Below, one piece after another: positions 23,608 through 33,220 of a stretch of 64,000 nucleotides of DNA. This stretch comes from Patescibacteria group bacterium (GTDB lineage Bacteria; Patescibacteriota; Patescibacteriia; JACRDY01). The number at the start of each line of letters is the position of its first letter. The first letter of the stretch is position 1. The translations under genes were made by a program, and so were the position numbers. The stretch spans positions 2,034 to 66,033 of the forward strand of contig JBAZLA010000005.1 in the NCBI GenBank assembly GCA_041650515.1, written 5' to 3'. A model generated the notes under the pieces. That model made no database searches and was not told the DNA's origin. It saw only the letters and a list, made by a program, of their open reading frames with translations.

Positions 23608-24825
23608 TTACCGTTTAATTTTACGGACAATTATTACAATTATAAATACTGCAAGGACACTTAGTAAACCATATAAAACCAAGAATCCGTTTGATGTAAA
23701 ATCCGTCGTTTCTTTAGTGTCGCTAGAAACGAAAGCAGCCCAATCGGCGGTCACTTTTGTCGTGTCAAATGTTTCAACACTGCCGAGCCCAACGCTAGAT
23801 GCCGAAACCATGCTTCCAGCGACAACACTAATTTTTTTGTTGTCGGATTTTGAGGTAAACGAAACTTCTCCTTCGATCACTTGAAGTATTGATTTTTCTT
23901 CTTTCTCTTCTAATATAAGTGTTGTCCCGCTAATCTCCACTACCGCCTGGTCCATATCAATTTCCAGCGACTCATCTTGTATCTTCTTCTCAACAATAAT
24001 TTTCATGCTCCCGTAAAGAATTTGAGAATGACCCTTTTTTTCGCTGGGCTTATTTATAATTATTTCCGTATTCGGCTTTAGGAAAAAAGTAACCCCGTCG
24101 GGGAGAATAATCACTACTGAGCTGTTTGTTTCTGTGCTTATGTGCGTGCCAAAGGGAATGGCCTCGCCCGGCTCAAGACTATGCCACCCTCTTTTATCGA
24201 TGTCAGGACGGATTTTAACTTGACCTAATAAATCTGAGAAACGTGCGCCGGAATCATTAATAAAGCCTTCCAATACAACTTCCGGAAAATCAATAGTCGT
24301 AGTACCTGGCGTAGTTGGAATAACGGAATTATAAACTGTTAATATGCTTTTGCCTTGTAAGTTGGTGATTTTTCCCTTCATTATTCGCCTGGTCCCGTCC
24401 GATGGGTCGATTGCAAAAGTAGCGAAACCATCGAACGTTCCATCCCAGGTTAAAGTAATCGGGCTTGCTGGGGTCTCCGCATTACCGGGACAGGTGCCGT
24501 CCATTAAAGCGTTCATTGTGCCTTTCATATTTCCTGTTTTTGTATCTCGGTCACCAGCAAGATCAAAACTCATGGTGCCGGTACAACGGGTCTCAAAAAA
24601 AGGAAAATCAAAGTCTTCTTTCAGATGAGCAGAAACCTTATTTCTGTTCACTACAAGATCAAAACCGTTCGTAAAAAAACTACTGCTGGCATCTTCAGAG
24701 GCTGGAAATTTTTCACTCTTAAGGACGAAATAATCCTCTGAATATTGTTCTTCGGCTAATGTTGTTTGAGAAAAAATAACTGATAAAAGAATAATTGTGA
24801 GAATCAAATGGAAGTGTTTTTTCAC
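23608..24825 (-). CDS. secreted protein with C-terminal membrane anchor (405 aa)
   Basis: Signal peptide MKKHFHLILTIILLSVIFSQTTLA and a C-terminal TM helix plus KIKR stop-transfer. No catalytic motif. Confidence 0.55.
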   Translation of the reverse strand: MKKHFHLILTIILLSVIFSQTTLAEEQYSEDYFVLKSEKFPASEDASSSFFTNGFDLVVNRNKVSAHLKEDFDFPFFETRCTGTMSFDLAGDRDTKTGNMKGTMNALMDGTCPGNAETPASPITLTWDGTFDGFATFAIDPSDGTRRIMKGKITNLQGKSILTVYNSVIPTTPGTTTIDFPEVVLEGFINDSGARFSDLLGQVKIRPDIDKRGWHSLEPGEAIPFGTHISTETNSSVVIILPDGVTFFLKPNTEIIINKPSEKKGHSQILYGSMKIIVEKKIQDESLEIDMDQAVVEISGTTLILEEKEEKSILQVIEGEVSFTSKSDNKKISVVAGSMVSASSVGLGSVETFDTTKVTADWAAFVSSDTKETTDFTSNGFLVLYGLLSVLAVFIIVIIVRKIKR

Positions 24826-25003
24826 AGTTTTGCAAAAATAGTTAATAAGTTATTTTTAATGATTATATATCAAAAGTGCTTTAAAAAATACTTTCAATTT
24901 CAGCTAACGTTTCGGTATATCCGTAGTCCTAATTATCATATGATATAATCGCGCGGAGCGCTATCATGGGATAGGGAGGATTAGGATGAGCGAGCTAATA
25001 AAA

Positions 25004-25219
25004 TTATTTAAGTCCAAATCTCATTAGGCAATCTTCATAGTAGTTGTTAATAAATTCTTGCCTTTTTGTTTCATCAAATTCTACCACTGCCCTAGTGTCT
25101 AGGCGGGCTTCTGCCGAGCACTGCCCTTTTATTTTTTCAGGACGATATTCATACCAATAAAAAGCAGATCCAATAATTACAATTACTAAGATGATTAAAA
25201 TAATTATAGATTTTTTCAT
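25004..25219 (-). CDS. small membrane protein (71 aa; ORF open to 25288 with TTG)
   Basis: Start placed at the ATG MKKSIIILIILVIVIIG, which is followed by a TM helix. Confidence 0.35.
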   Translation of the reverse strand: MKKSIIILIILVIVIIGSAFYWYEYRPEKIKGQCSAEARLDTRAVVEFDETKRQEFINNYYEDCLMRFGLK

Positions 25220-25333
25220 ATTTAATTTTATTAGTTCGCGAATCGGATATGCCGTGTTAGGCGTAGTATGACTTTTAGTAATAAACAATTGTCAACAACA
25301 AATTTTAATTGTCAACTTAATTGTAAACAAACA

Positions 25334-26587
25334 TTATTTCCCCTCAATCCTCTTCACTCCCCCCAGATACTTCCTCAGCGCTTTCGGGATCTCCACTGAC
25401 CCGTCTTTTTGCTGAAATTGCTCCAGAATCGCTGGCACCAAGCGGCTAGTAGCTAGGCCGGAGGCGTTGAGGGTGTGGAGAAAATCGTTCTTACCTTCTT
25501 TAGTTTTGTAGCGGATATTGCCGCGGCGGGCTTGGTAGTCCAGGGCGTTGGAGGCGCTACTAACTTCTTTATAAATATTCATGCTGGGAATCCAGACTTC
25601 GATATCCAATGTTTTACTCATGGCCGCACTAGCGTCTTCGGCCGCGAGCAAAACAGTTTGAAAATGCAAACCCAGGCCGTCAACTAGTTTTTCGGCGTTT
25701 TTAACTAGTTCATCGAGCGCTCCCCACGACTCCCCTGCTTTAGTAAACTGAAACATTTCAATTTTATTAAATTGGTGGCCGCGGATCATCCCCCGCTCTT
25801 CTTTGCGGTACGAGCCAGCTTCGCGGCGAAAACAAGCCGAGTAAGCGTAGTATTTGAGCGGTAAATCTTTTTCAGCCAAAATTTCATCGCGATGATAATT
25901 ACCTAGCATCATTTCGGACGTAGCGTTAAGACACAGGCCGTCCTCAACCCAGTACAAATCGTCGCGGAATTTGGGCAGATGGCCAGAAGTGTAGGCCGAT
26001 TCTTTAGTCAAAAGATAAGGCGGCCAGATAAAGGTGTAGCCATTAGCGCGATGAAAATCAACAAAATAGTTTAACAGTGCCCACTCCAGTTCGGCGCCCA
26101 AGCCCTTATAAAGCCAAAAACCCGCGCCGGACATTTTGGCCGCGCGTTCGTAGTCAATCACGCCCAGGCTGGTGGCGAGTTCAACGTGGTCTTTGGGCGT
26201 AAATTTAAACTCGGGTTTCTGCCCAAAAGTGCGAATCACCTTATTATTTTCTTTACCGCCAGCAACTACGTCGTCAGCCGGTACATTAGGCAGTTCGGCC
26301 ATTGCTTCGTTGTAAGCGGTTTCCACTACTCGCAATTGTTCATCGAGCGTTTTAATTTCCTCACCCAGAGTTTTCATCTCGGCAATTGTTTCTGGCGTGG
26401 GTTTGGTTTTGGACTGTTTATTGCGCTCGGCTTTTAGCCCTTCGGCTTTTTGGAGTAAAGTGCGGCGCTCATCATAGAGTTTGGTAATCTTAACTAGCGC
26501 GGTGTCGAGCTTGGCCGGTGCCATTCTTTTGAGCAAGGCGGTTTTTAAATTGTCTTGGTCATTTAAAATGCGATTGATGTCGAGCAT
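25334..26587 (-). CDS. serS: serine--tRNA ligase
   Basis: N-terminal coiled-coil arm and class II core motifs. 417 aa. Confidence 0.9.
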   Translation of the reverse strand: MLDINRILNDQDNLKTALLKRMAPAKLDTALVKITKLYDERRTLLQKAEGLKAERNKQSKTKPTPETIAEMKTLGEEIKTLDEQLRVVETAYNEAMAELPNVPADDVVAGGKENNKVIRTFGQKPEFKFTPKDHVELATSLGVIDYERAAKMSGAGFWLYKGLGAELEWALLNYFVDFHRANGYTFIWPPYLLTKESAYTSGHLPKFRDDLYWVEDGLCLNATSEMMLGNYHRDEILAEKDLPLKYYAYSACFRREAGSYRKEERGMIRGHQFNKIEMFQFTKAGESWGALDELVKNAEKLVDGLGLHFQTVLLAAEDASAAMSKTLDIEVWIPSMNIYKEVSSASNALDYQARRGNIRYKTKEGKNDFLHTLNASGLATSRLVPAILEQFQQKDGSVEIPKALRKYLGGVKRIEGK

Positions 26588-26597
26588 AAATTTAGAA

Positions 26598-26623
26598 TAA
26601 TTACTAATTACGAATTACGAATT
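26598..26623. repeat. AATTACGAATTACG heptad-type tandem motif immediately upstream of the serS start
   Basis: aattactaattacgaattacgaattgg, 10-35 nt upstream of the serS ATG on the coding strand (GTAATTCGTAATTCGTAATT). Confidence 0.4.
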
Positions 26624-27232
26624 GGTTAGATATTTCGCTTCGAGGAGCTCCTTGGCGGCGCGGAAAGCTTTACCACGGTGATTAACTGCCAGTTTGCGTT
26701 TTTCATCCAGCTCAGCGTTAGTCAAAGTGTAATCATAATCTCGGCAGAGAAAAATCGGCGCGTAGCCAAAACCGCCAGTGCCCCGCGGTTCGTAGCCGAT
26801 CCGGCCGTACCAGCGGCCAGAAACAGTGGTTTGCCAGTTAGTCTGGGGGTCATAAATAGCCACCACGCCTTCATAGTAGCAATCGCGTTTTTCTTCTGGC
26901 ACGCTCTGCATTTCAGCTAAAATTTTTATATTATTGGCTTCATCGCCGTGGCCGGTATAGCGGGCCGAATGAACTCCGGGTCGACCGTCTAGAGCTTCAA
27001 CGAATAAACCGCTATCATCAGCCAGAGTAATTAGCCCTGAAGCTTGGCCGTTGGTTTTGGCTTTGAGTAAGGCGTTACCTTCTAGGGTGTCGGCGTCTTC
27101 GACAATTTCTAAATTTTTGGTTTGGGGTAGGTCTTTTTTGAAAAGCAGTTCAAAACTATAGTCGGTAAATATCTGTTTTATCTCGGCGATTTTACCGGGG
27201 TTGTCAGTAGCGATTAGTATTTTAATTGGCAT
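26615..27232 (-). CDS. rdgB: non-canonical purine NTP pyrophosphatase (RdgB/HAM1 family)
   Basis: IATDNPGKIAEIKQIF N-terminus and a HAM1 fold of 205 aa. Confidence 0.85.
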   Translation of the reverse strand: MPIKILIATDNPGKIAEIKQIFTDYSFELLFKKDLPQTKNLEIVEDADTLEGNALLKAKTNGQASGLITLADDSGLFVEALDGRPGVHSARYTGHGDEANNIKILAEMQSVPEEKRDCYYEGVVAIYDPQTNWQTTVSGRWYGRIGYEPRGTGGFGYAPIFLCRDYDYTLTNAELDEKRKLAVNHRGKAFRAAKELLEAKYLTNS

Positions 27233-27603
27233 TAGTAGTAGTTATTTAGATAATAGTTAATAGTATAAGAGGCTACGACATACAGAATCATTATTACTAC
27301 CAAACCTAGTAGACCAATTTTAATAATTTTTTTAGCCTTTTTGGCTTGGTCTGGATTTTTTCTTTTAGTTAGCCAATAAATAGAACTAATTAACGTAATA
27401 ATTAAAAAAAATATTATCAGCCCCCCAAAAATACGGTTAGCAATAATGGCAATATTAGACCTCATATCTTCGCCGCAAAAATCGCAGCTGGGTACATTTT
27501 CCAACCCCAAATCTATATCGGTAGCGCTGGCATCAAAAATTGATATCCAACCAGACAAAATAACTAAGAAGATAATTGATCCGACCCAGTATAATTTTTT
27601 CAT
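27232..27603 (-). CDS. membrane protein (124 aa from internal Met; ORF open to 27714)
   Basis: Two TM helices. The longer start would overlap the upstream nucleotidyltransferase gene by 92 nt, so MKKLYWV was chosen. Confidence 0.35.
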   Translation of the reverse strand: MKKLYWVGSIIFLVILSGWISIFDASATDIDLGLENVPSCDFCGEDMRSNIAIIANRIFGGLIIFFLIITLISSIYWLTKRKNPDQAKKAKKIIKIGLLGLVVIMILYVVASYTINYYLNNYY

Positions 27604-27622
27604 AGATTTAAATAAAATTAAT

Positions 27623-28033
27623 CTATTTTTCATTTTGTTTAATGATCGAACTTTTGTATTTTTCCGGCTGGAACGGAGCAAGGCGGTAGATCTGGGCGTT
27701 AACGTGAAGTTCAATCAGTTTTTGTCTAAGGATTTCAATCTCCATTTTTTGGTCATAGCCCAGGCAGACCACGTCGGGTTTTAGTTCCTTAATAATTTTA
27801 AATCGGTTTTGTTTGTAGCCGAGTACAGCCTTATCAACATTTTTAGCTTTTTGAACTATTTTGCGGCGGGCGTTTTCACTAAACGCTGGCGGCGCGCCTT
27901 TGTATTTTTTGACATTAATATCGCGAGCCACGACGACAATTAGATAGTCGCCGTACTTTTTAGCCTGAGCAAAAAAATCCAGGTGTCCCGGATGGAGATT
28001 GTCGAAAGTGCCAAAGACCATGACTTTACGCAT
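27623..28033 (-). CDS. cytidylyltransferase-like nucleotidyltransferase (HxGH family, ~137 aa)
   Basis: FGTFDNLHPGH motif. The ORF track extends to 28084, but the extra codons (MERRGILRSAQDDKINL) are encoded by the terminal inverted repeat of the adjacent MITE-like element. Confidence 0.7.
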   Translation of the reverse strand: MRKVMVFGTFDNLHPGHLDFFAQAKKYGDYLIVVVARDINVKKYKGAPPAFSENARRKIVQKAKNVDKAVLGYKQNRFKIIKELKPDVVCLGYDQKMEIEILRQKLIELHVNAQIYRLAPFQPEKYKSSIIKQNEK

Positions 28034-28045
28034 AAGGTTTATCTT

Positions 28046-28260
28046 GTCATCCTGAGCGGAGCGAAGGATCCCTCTCCTCTCCACGTCCAGGAAAATTACT
28101 CAAATAAATCTTTTAGGTTTGTTAGCTAGTAATCTTTAATATGATATTCAACCTTGTGGCATAAAGAGGGATCCTTCGTTCCGCTACGCGGGACTCAGGA
28201 TGACAAATTGGATGGGCAAAGCGGAGTTTATCCTGAGTCCTTCGCTGCGCTCGCAATGAC
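28046..28260. repeat. MITE-like element (tgtcatcctgagcggagcgaaggatccc ... ggactcaggatgaca) plus an adjacent gcggagtttatcctga...gcaatgac unit
   Basis: Inverted termini at 28046-28073 and 28180-28204 bracket an AT-rich core containing ccttgtggcataaa, the inverse of the motif in copy 3841-4043. The second unit is at 28205-28260. Confidence 0.6.
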
Positions 28261-28267
28261 GATGGAA

Positions 28268-28828
28268 TTAGATTCCTACCTCCGCGGCTATCCCTTTCAT
28301 CGCGTTTAAACTAATTTCAATAAACTGATCCAAGGGAATGCCAGCGGTTTCACACTCTTTAATCACCTCGCGGTTGACCTTAGCGGCAAAAGATTTATCT
28401 TTCATTTTCTTTTTAATCGAGCTAACTTCAACTGCTTCCAGTTTCTTTTCTGGCCGGACCAGAGCCGAGGCATAGATCAGGCCGGTGATGGTTTCGGCCG
28501 CGGCCAAAAGATGTTGGCGTTTAGTTTCCCGCTGTTTATCCATTAGGCTGGGCACAAAACCATAAACATGAGCGACAATATCAGTAATAAACTCATCATC
28601 ATAACCAGCGGCTTTTAAAATCTCTTGGCATTTGAGGCCGTGAGTAACTTCACCATATTCCCAATCAACATCATGCAATAAACCTAAATTGCCCCAATAT
28701 TCTTCATTTTCACCCAGGTGTTTAGCTAGGGCTTGCATAATCACTTCGCTCTCCCGGCTGTGATTGAGATTAGCTGGGTCCTTTAGATGTTGGGCTAATA
28801 GATTGTAGGCCTGCTCGCGGGTAGGCAT
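28268..28828 (-). CDS. HD-domain hydrolase
   Basis: H...HD motif (LLHDVDW) in 186 aa. Confidence 0.65.
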   Translation of the reverse strand: MPTREQAYNLLAQHLKDPANLNHSRESEVIMQALAKHLGENEEYWGNLGLLHDVDWEYGEVTHGLKCQEILKAAGYDDEFITDIVAHVYGFVPSLMDKQRETKRQHLLAAAETITGLIYASALVRPEKKLEAVEVSSIKKKMKDKSFAAKVNREVIKECETAGIPLDQFIEISLNAMKGIAAEVGI

Positions 28829-28835
28829 ATATTAG

Positions 28836-28870
28836 TTAATTACGAATTATGAATTACAAATTACGAATTA
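28836..28870. repeat. AATTACGAATTA heptad-type tandem motif immediately upstream of HD-hydrolase start
   Basis: ttaattacgaattatgaattacaaattacgaatta. On the coding strand this gives four TAATTCG/GTAATTC units ending 8 nt before the ATG. Confidence 0.4.
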
Positions 28871-29524
28871 AATATGGTGGGTTACTTCTTTCTCCAATTG
28901 TTTAATAAAATTGGTCATTAATTTGGCCAGCGGTCGGGCAATTTTTTTAGCCGTTGGTGTAGCTACATTATCCAGACAGCTAGCTTGAAAATTTAATTCA
29001 TCGACTAAGTATTGACCAACACCTTGACCCTTAGCAAAACGTTTGTTAAAACCCAGGCTATCTAACTTCCAAGTTGGGCCTTTGATATTGTGGGGATCGT
29101 ATTTTAGCCAAGTTGTGCAAGTGTCACAGGCGCGAATAATCCCAATTGTGCCTAATAAATCTAGAATATCAGCATCTTTTAAAATCGCAGTCAGTCCTTG
29201 GCCTTTACCGCCGGTATTGTGCTCGGCAATTGCTTGTTCAACTTTTTTGGTTTTATCCTCGGATAATATTTTTAATCTTCTTAGATATTGACCAGCAATT
29301 TTGGCGCCTGCCCGCCCGTGTTCTCGCTGATTAGTAACGAACGGTCGGCCGATATCGTGCATCAAAGCGGCGATTTCCACCATTTTTAGATCTGGATATT
29401 TTTCTTTTTTGGCAATTAAGACGGCCCATTGGCGCACGCGATCAACATGATCATAGTCGTGAGTCGTTTGGCTTTTGCTTATTTTTTGAACGTACTGCTC
29501 AATTTTTTTGATTTGATTTTTCAT
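28868..29524 (-). CDS. HD-domain phosphohydrolase
   Basis: HDYDHVDRV ... ALMHDIGR motifs. 218 aa. Confidence 0.75.
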   Translation of the reverse strand: MKNQIKKIEQYVQKISKSQTTHDYDHVDRVRQWAVLIAKKEKYPDLKMVEIAALMHDIGRPFVTNQREHGRAGAKIAGQYLRRLKILSEDKTKKVEQAIAEHNTGGKGQGLTAILKDADILDLLGTIGIIRACDTCTTWLKYDPHNIKGPTWKLDSLGFNKRFAKGQGVGQYLVDELNFQASCLDNVATPTAKKIARPLAKLMTNFIKQLEKEVTHHI

Positions 29525-31074
29525 TTTGTCGCTTCAGCTAAACGCTTTGCCACCAAGTCATAATCAAGTGAAGCCAAAAGCCAGCCGGCTTGGGGGCCAG
29601 AATCTTTACCTAAGAAAATCTGGTAAATGGCACTAAAAAATTCTTTGGGGTCAGCGGCTTGATTGGTTTTAATTTGGTGCAAAGCGCTATGTAAATTTTC
29701 GCCAGTCCATTTTTTTTGGGTTTGAAAAGTTTTTAATAGTTCGGCTAATAATTCCTTTTGTTTGATCGCTAAATTTAGAGTTGGCAGTTTTTCCAAGACG
29801 TTAAATTTATAATTATCCGGGGCATAAGTACTAAGCCATTTTTTGGCATAGTCAGCGCGGGTTTGGATTTCAGCCTTTTCTGAAGCGGTTAATTTACTCC
29901 CCTTTTCGGTTTGGGCATAATCATAGATATCGGCCCGAGGCATTTGTAATAAATAAGCGATTTTGGAAAAACGCAAACGATAGACCGGCGGCGGTTGGGT
30001 GGTTAATTTGGCATATTCATAGGCCTGACCAAAATCCGATTCGGGGTCAGCAAAATAAGCGTCAATACAGCGGTCTAATTCGTCATAGAGCCGGGGTACG
30101 GCTTCGCCTTCCAGGGTAAATTCGATGCGCGTTTTAGCTTTAGTCCGCATCATTAGAAAGCGTACTAGTTCGGCCGGTAATAGTTCGACAATGTCGCTAG
30201 CGGAAATTCCCACACCTTTGGATGAACTCATTTTTTTGCCGCCATCAATCATTAGCCATTCGTAAATATGGCCAAAAGCGGGCTGAATTTTAAAAACTTT
30301 TTGAGCAATTTCTCGTGCCACATAAAAACTGCCGCCCTTAGTATAGTGGTCAAGGCCAGCTAGCTCTACTTTAGTTCTGCGAAAAAGCCAACGGGCAACA
30401 ATAGCTAGCTTGTAAGGTAGTTTGGCATTGCCATCAAAAGGTGAAATTTGGCCCTGATAGCCACAGCCAGCGGCCCACTCCACCATTTTTGGTTCGCAAG
30501 TAAAAGTAACAAGTTTACCGTCCCAAGCCGTGACTTTGGTGGTTAGTTTGCCGCACTTAGGACAGACAACGTTCAAAGCGTGCCAATTAGCGTCTTTGAC
30601 TGAGCCCGAGATTTCTTTATAAATTTTTCTGATTTCGGCGGCATTATCTAAAGTTATTTTGATCGCGTCATTGTATTCGCCTTTTTTATAGCTTTCGGAA
30701 TCCCAGACAATTTTGGGTTGGGCACCTAGCTGGTTAAAAACTCTCAAAAAGTCTTGAGCATAATAATCAGCGTAACTTTTATAGCCTGGCTCGGGCGAGG
30801 GAATATTACAAAGTGGCAGACCCATATATTGGCGATAGACTTTTTCGTCTAAGTAAGCCGGTAGGCCGTCCATCGGATCAAAATCGTCAAAACCATAAAG
30901 ATATTCGGTTTTGGCTTTAGCCTTTTTTAAACCGAGGTAAATGGCATCATGAATCAAAACCCCGCGGAGCGAGCCAACATGGACTTTACCTGATGGAGTT
31001 TTATAATCGGTGACCAAATAGCTTTTGGCTTCTTGCTCGAGGATTTTTTGTACTTCTTCGTTAACCCAAAACAT
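29521..31074 (-). CDS. lysS: lysine--tRNA ligase, class I (archaeal-type LysK)
   Basis: Class I signature PSGKVHVGSLRG (HIGH-like) and KMSSSKG (KMSKS). ~517 aa, typical of class I LysRS. No class II motifs. Confidence 0.8.
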   Translation of the reverse strand: MFWVNEEVQKILEQEAKSYLVTDYKTPSGKVHVGSLRGVLIHDAIYLGLKKAKAKTEYLYGFDDFDPMDGLPAYLDEKVYRQYMGLPLCNIPSPEPGYKSYADYYAQDFLRVFNQLGAQPKIVWDSESYKKGEYNDAIKITLDNAAEIRKIYKEISGSVKDANWHALNVVCPKCGKLTTKVTAWDGKLVTFTCEPKMVEWAAGCGYQGQISPFDGNAKLPYKLAIVARWLFRRTKVELAGLDHYTKGGSFYVAREIAQKVFKIQPAFGHIYEWLMIDGGKKMSSSKGVGISASDIVELLPAELVRFLMMRTKAKTRIEFTLEGEAVPRLYDELDRCIDAYFADPESDFGQAYEYAKLTTQPPPVYRLRFSKIAYLLQMPRADIYDYAQTEKGSKLTASEKAEIQTRADYAKKWLSTYAPDNYKFNVLEKLPTLNLAIKQKELLAELLKTFQTQKKWTGENLHSALHQIKTNQAADPKEFFSAIYQIFLGKDSGPQAGWLLASLDYDLVAKRLAEATK

Positions 31075-31143
31075 ATTTTAAGTTAGGTTAGACTGGTATT
31101 TATTTTAGCTTAAAATGGCCGAATAATCAAATGGAGATTGCAC

Positions 31144-31217
31144 GTCATTGCGAGGAGCGAAGCGACGAAGCAATCCCCTGAATAATCCGGGAGATTGCTT
31201 CGCTTCGCTCGCAATGA
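31144..31217. repeat. near-perfect 74-bp palindrome (gtcattgcgaggagcgaagcgacgaagcaatc ... gattgcttcgcttcgctcgcaatgac)
   Basis: The two halves are reverse complements with a 12-nt centre. Same family as 8587-8687. Confidence 0.6.
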
Positions 31218-31266
31218 CAGGGATAACAAAAGCGGCCTGGAGGCCGCTTATAGAATGGAGATAGCT

Positions 31267-31725
31267 TTATTTTACTTCCAAAATTTTATATTCAATCGGG
31301 CCGCGAGGGGTATTAACTTCAACTTTATCCCCGGCTGTAGCACCGAGAAGAGCTTGGCCAATTGGCGATTCGTTAGAGATCAGGCCCTTGAGTGGTTCGG
31401 CTTCATTAAAACTAACAATTGTAAATTCTTTATTAGCTTGTCCAGCGGTTTGGACCTTGACCTTAGAACCCAGGGTGATCGTGCTGCCACCAGTACTCTT
31501 AGCTGTTACCACCGAATCTTTGATCGCTTGTTCAAGCTCCATAATTTTGCCTTCGTTAAAAGCTTGGTCTTCTTTAGCTTCTTGGTATTCAAAATTTTCG
31601 GACAAGTCGCCTAGCGTTTTGGCCCGTTCGATTTTGGCCGCAATTTTTTTGCGGGCTTCAATTTTTTCAGCCAGCTCCTTTTTTAGTTTATCTAGGCCGT
31701 CTGAAGTTATAATAATTTGGTTCAT
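31267..31725 (-). CDS. greA: transcription elongation factor GreA
   Basis: N-terminal coiled-coil with the acidic tip (DLSENFEYQEAKE) and a C-terminal FKBP-like domain. 152 aa. Confidence 0.9.
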   Translation of the reverse strand: MNQIIITSDGLDKLKKELAEKIEARKKIAAKIERAKTLGDLSENFEYQEAKEDQAFNEGKIMELEQAIKDSVVTAKSTGGSTITLGSKVKVQTAGQANKEFTIVSFNEAEPLKGLISNESPIGQALLGATAGDKVEVNTPRGPIEYKILEVK

Positions 31726-31805
31726 AACAATTTGGGTGACAAAAAAATCCCGCCTTGGGTTATAGCTTTATCATAACCCTTTGGTAATTTCTGTCAAGAG
31801 AGTTT

Positions 31806-33209
31806 TTAGAAATTTAATTTATTTTGAAAATATTGGCTTAATTCAGAGATTTTTATCCGGTCTTGTTTCATGGTGTCGCGGTCGCGCACGGTTACGGCTT
31901 GGTCTTCTAAAGTGGCAAAATCAACAGTAATACAATAGGGTGTGCCAATCTCGTCTTGCCGTCGGTAGCGTTTACCGATCGAACCAGTATCATCATATTG
32001 GCACATCCATTTGGCTTTTACTAAATCAAGTACTATCTGGGAAGTTTTTTGTAGCTCAATTTTTTTAGATAAGGGTAAAACGGCGATTTTAATTGGGGCT
32101 AAGCGAGGGTGGAGTCGCAGAACAACCTCAGTTTCGTGTTTAGTATCCTCTTCACCGCTACGGGTTTGCACTTCGGTATAGGCGTCGGTCAGAAAGGCCA
32201 AAGTGGCTCGATCAGCGCCGTCAGAAGTCTCAATGATGTAGGGATAAAATTTTTCTTTAGTCTCTTCATCCACTACAGACAGTTCTTGACCCGAGAATTT
32301 ACTATGACGAGATAAATCCCAATCGCCACGATTATGCACGCCCGCTAATTCACTCCATTCCCCTGCTTTAGAAAAAGGAAATTTTAATTCAATATCCCAA
32401 GCATCTTTGGCGTAATGAGCCCGTTCATCAGTCTCGTGCTGGCGCCAGTGAATATTTTCTTTTCTTAAACCTAAGTCTAGATACCATTGCATACGTTTTT
32501 CTCGCCACTGTTCGAACCATTTAGGTGCCTCTTCGGGCTTACAAAACCATTGCATTTCCATCTGCTCAAACTCGCGCATCCGGAAAGTAAAATTACCCGG
32601 GGTGATTTCATTACGGAAAGCTTTGCCAATCTGAGCAATACCAAAAGGCAGTTTGCGACGTTGGCTATCTATGATATTTAAAAAGTTAACATAAATACCC
32701 TGACAGGTTTCGCCGCGCAGGTAGGCTAGAGCCGAACTATCTTCGAGCGGTCCGATATAAGTTTTCATTAACAAATTGAAAGTTCGAGGCTCGGTTAGAT
32801 CACCGCCACAGTCGGGGCATTTAATATTTTTGAGATCAATAGGCACATCGCGGCGGCCATCAAGATCGGGCTTAATCCCTCGGCTAGTTTCTAAGAGATG
32901 ATCAGCGCGGAAGCGTTTTTTACATTTTTTGCAGTCGACCAATGGGTCGGTAAAATTTTCCACGTGGCCCGAGGCCTCCCAGATTTTGGGGTGCATCAGG
33001 ATACTAGAATCCAAGCCAAAAATATCTTGGTTAGCTTGCACCATAGCTTGCCACCAAGCTTTCTTGACATTGTTTTTTAATTCCACTCCTAAGGGACCGT
33101 AATCATAGCAACTAGAAAAACCGCCGTAGATTTCGGACGACGGGAAAATAAACCCGCGGCGTTTACAGAGGGAGACGATTTTCTCCATGGTGTTAGTAGC
33201 AGTTGACAT
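31806..33209 (-). CDS. glyQS: glycine--tRNA ligase (alpha2 dimeric, archaeal/eukaryote-type GlyRS)
   Basis: MEKIVSLCKRRGFIFPSSEIYGG N-terminal region and class II motifs. The ORF is open to 33251; the start was placed at Met15 (MSTATNTMEKIV), just after the stop of the upstream gene. Confidence 0.85.
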   Translation of the reverse strand: MSTATNTMEKIVSLCKRRGFIFPSSEIYGGFSSCYDYGPLGVELKNNVKKAWWQAMVQANQDIFGLDSSILMHPKIWEASGHVENFTDPLVDCKKCKKRFRADHLLETSRGIKPDLDGRRDVPIDLKNIKCPDCGGDLTEPRTFNLLMKTYIGPLEDSSALAYLRGETCQGIYVNFLNIIDSQRRKLPFGIAQIGKAFRNEITPGNFTFRMREFEQMEMQWFCKPEEAPKWFEQWREKRMQWYLDLGLRKENIHWRQHETDERAHYAKDAWDIELKFPFSKAGEWSELAGVHNRGDWDLSRHSKFSGQELSVVDEETKEKFYPYIIETSDGADRATLAFLTDAYTEVQTRSGEEDTKHETEVVLRLHPRLAPIKIAVLPLSKKIELQKTSQIVLDLVKAKWMCQYDDTGSIGKRYRRQDEIGTPYCITVDFATLEDQAVTVRDRDTMKQDRIKISELSQYFQNKLNF

Positions 33210-33220
33210 ATTAAATAAGC

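Noticed and set aside
27623-28084. Full-length 153-aa call for the nucleotidyltransferase (start 28084)
   Set aside because: The first 17 codons are encoded by the MITE terminal repeat (SAQDDK peptide). The conserved enzyme begins at MRKVMVFGTFDNLHPGH, so the gene was trimmed to 27623-28033.
31195-31765. ORFs 31195-31614(+) and 31388-31765(+)
   Set aside because: Antisense to the well-supported greA gene. The first starts inside the 31144-31217 palindrome.
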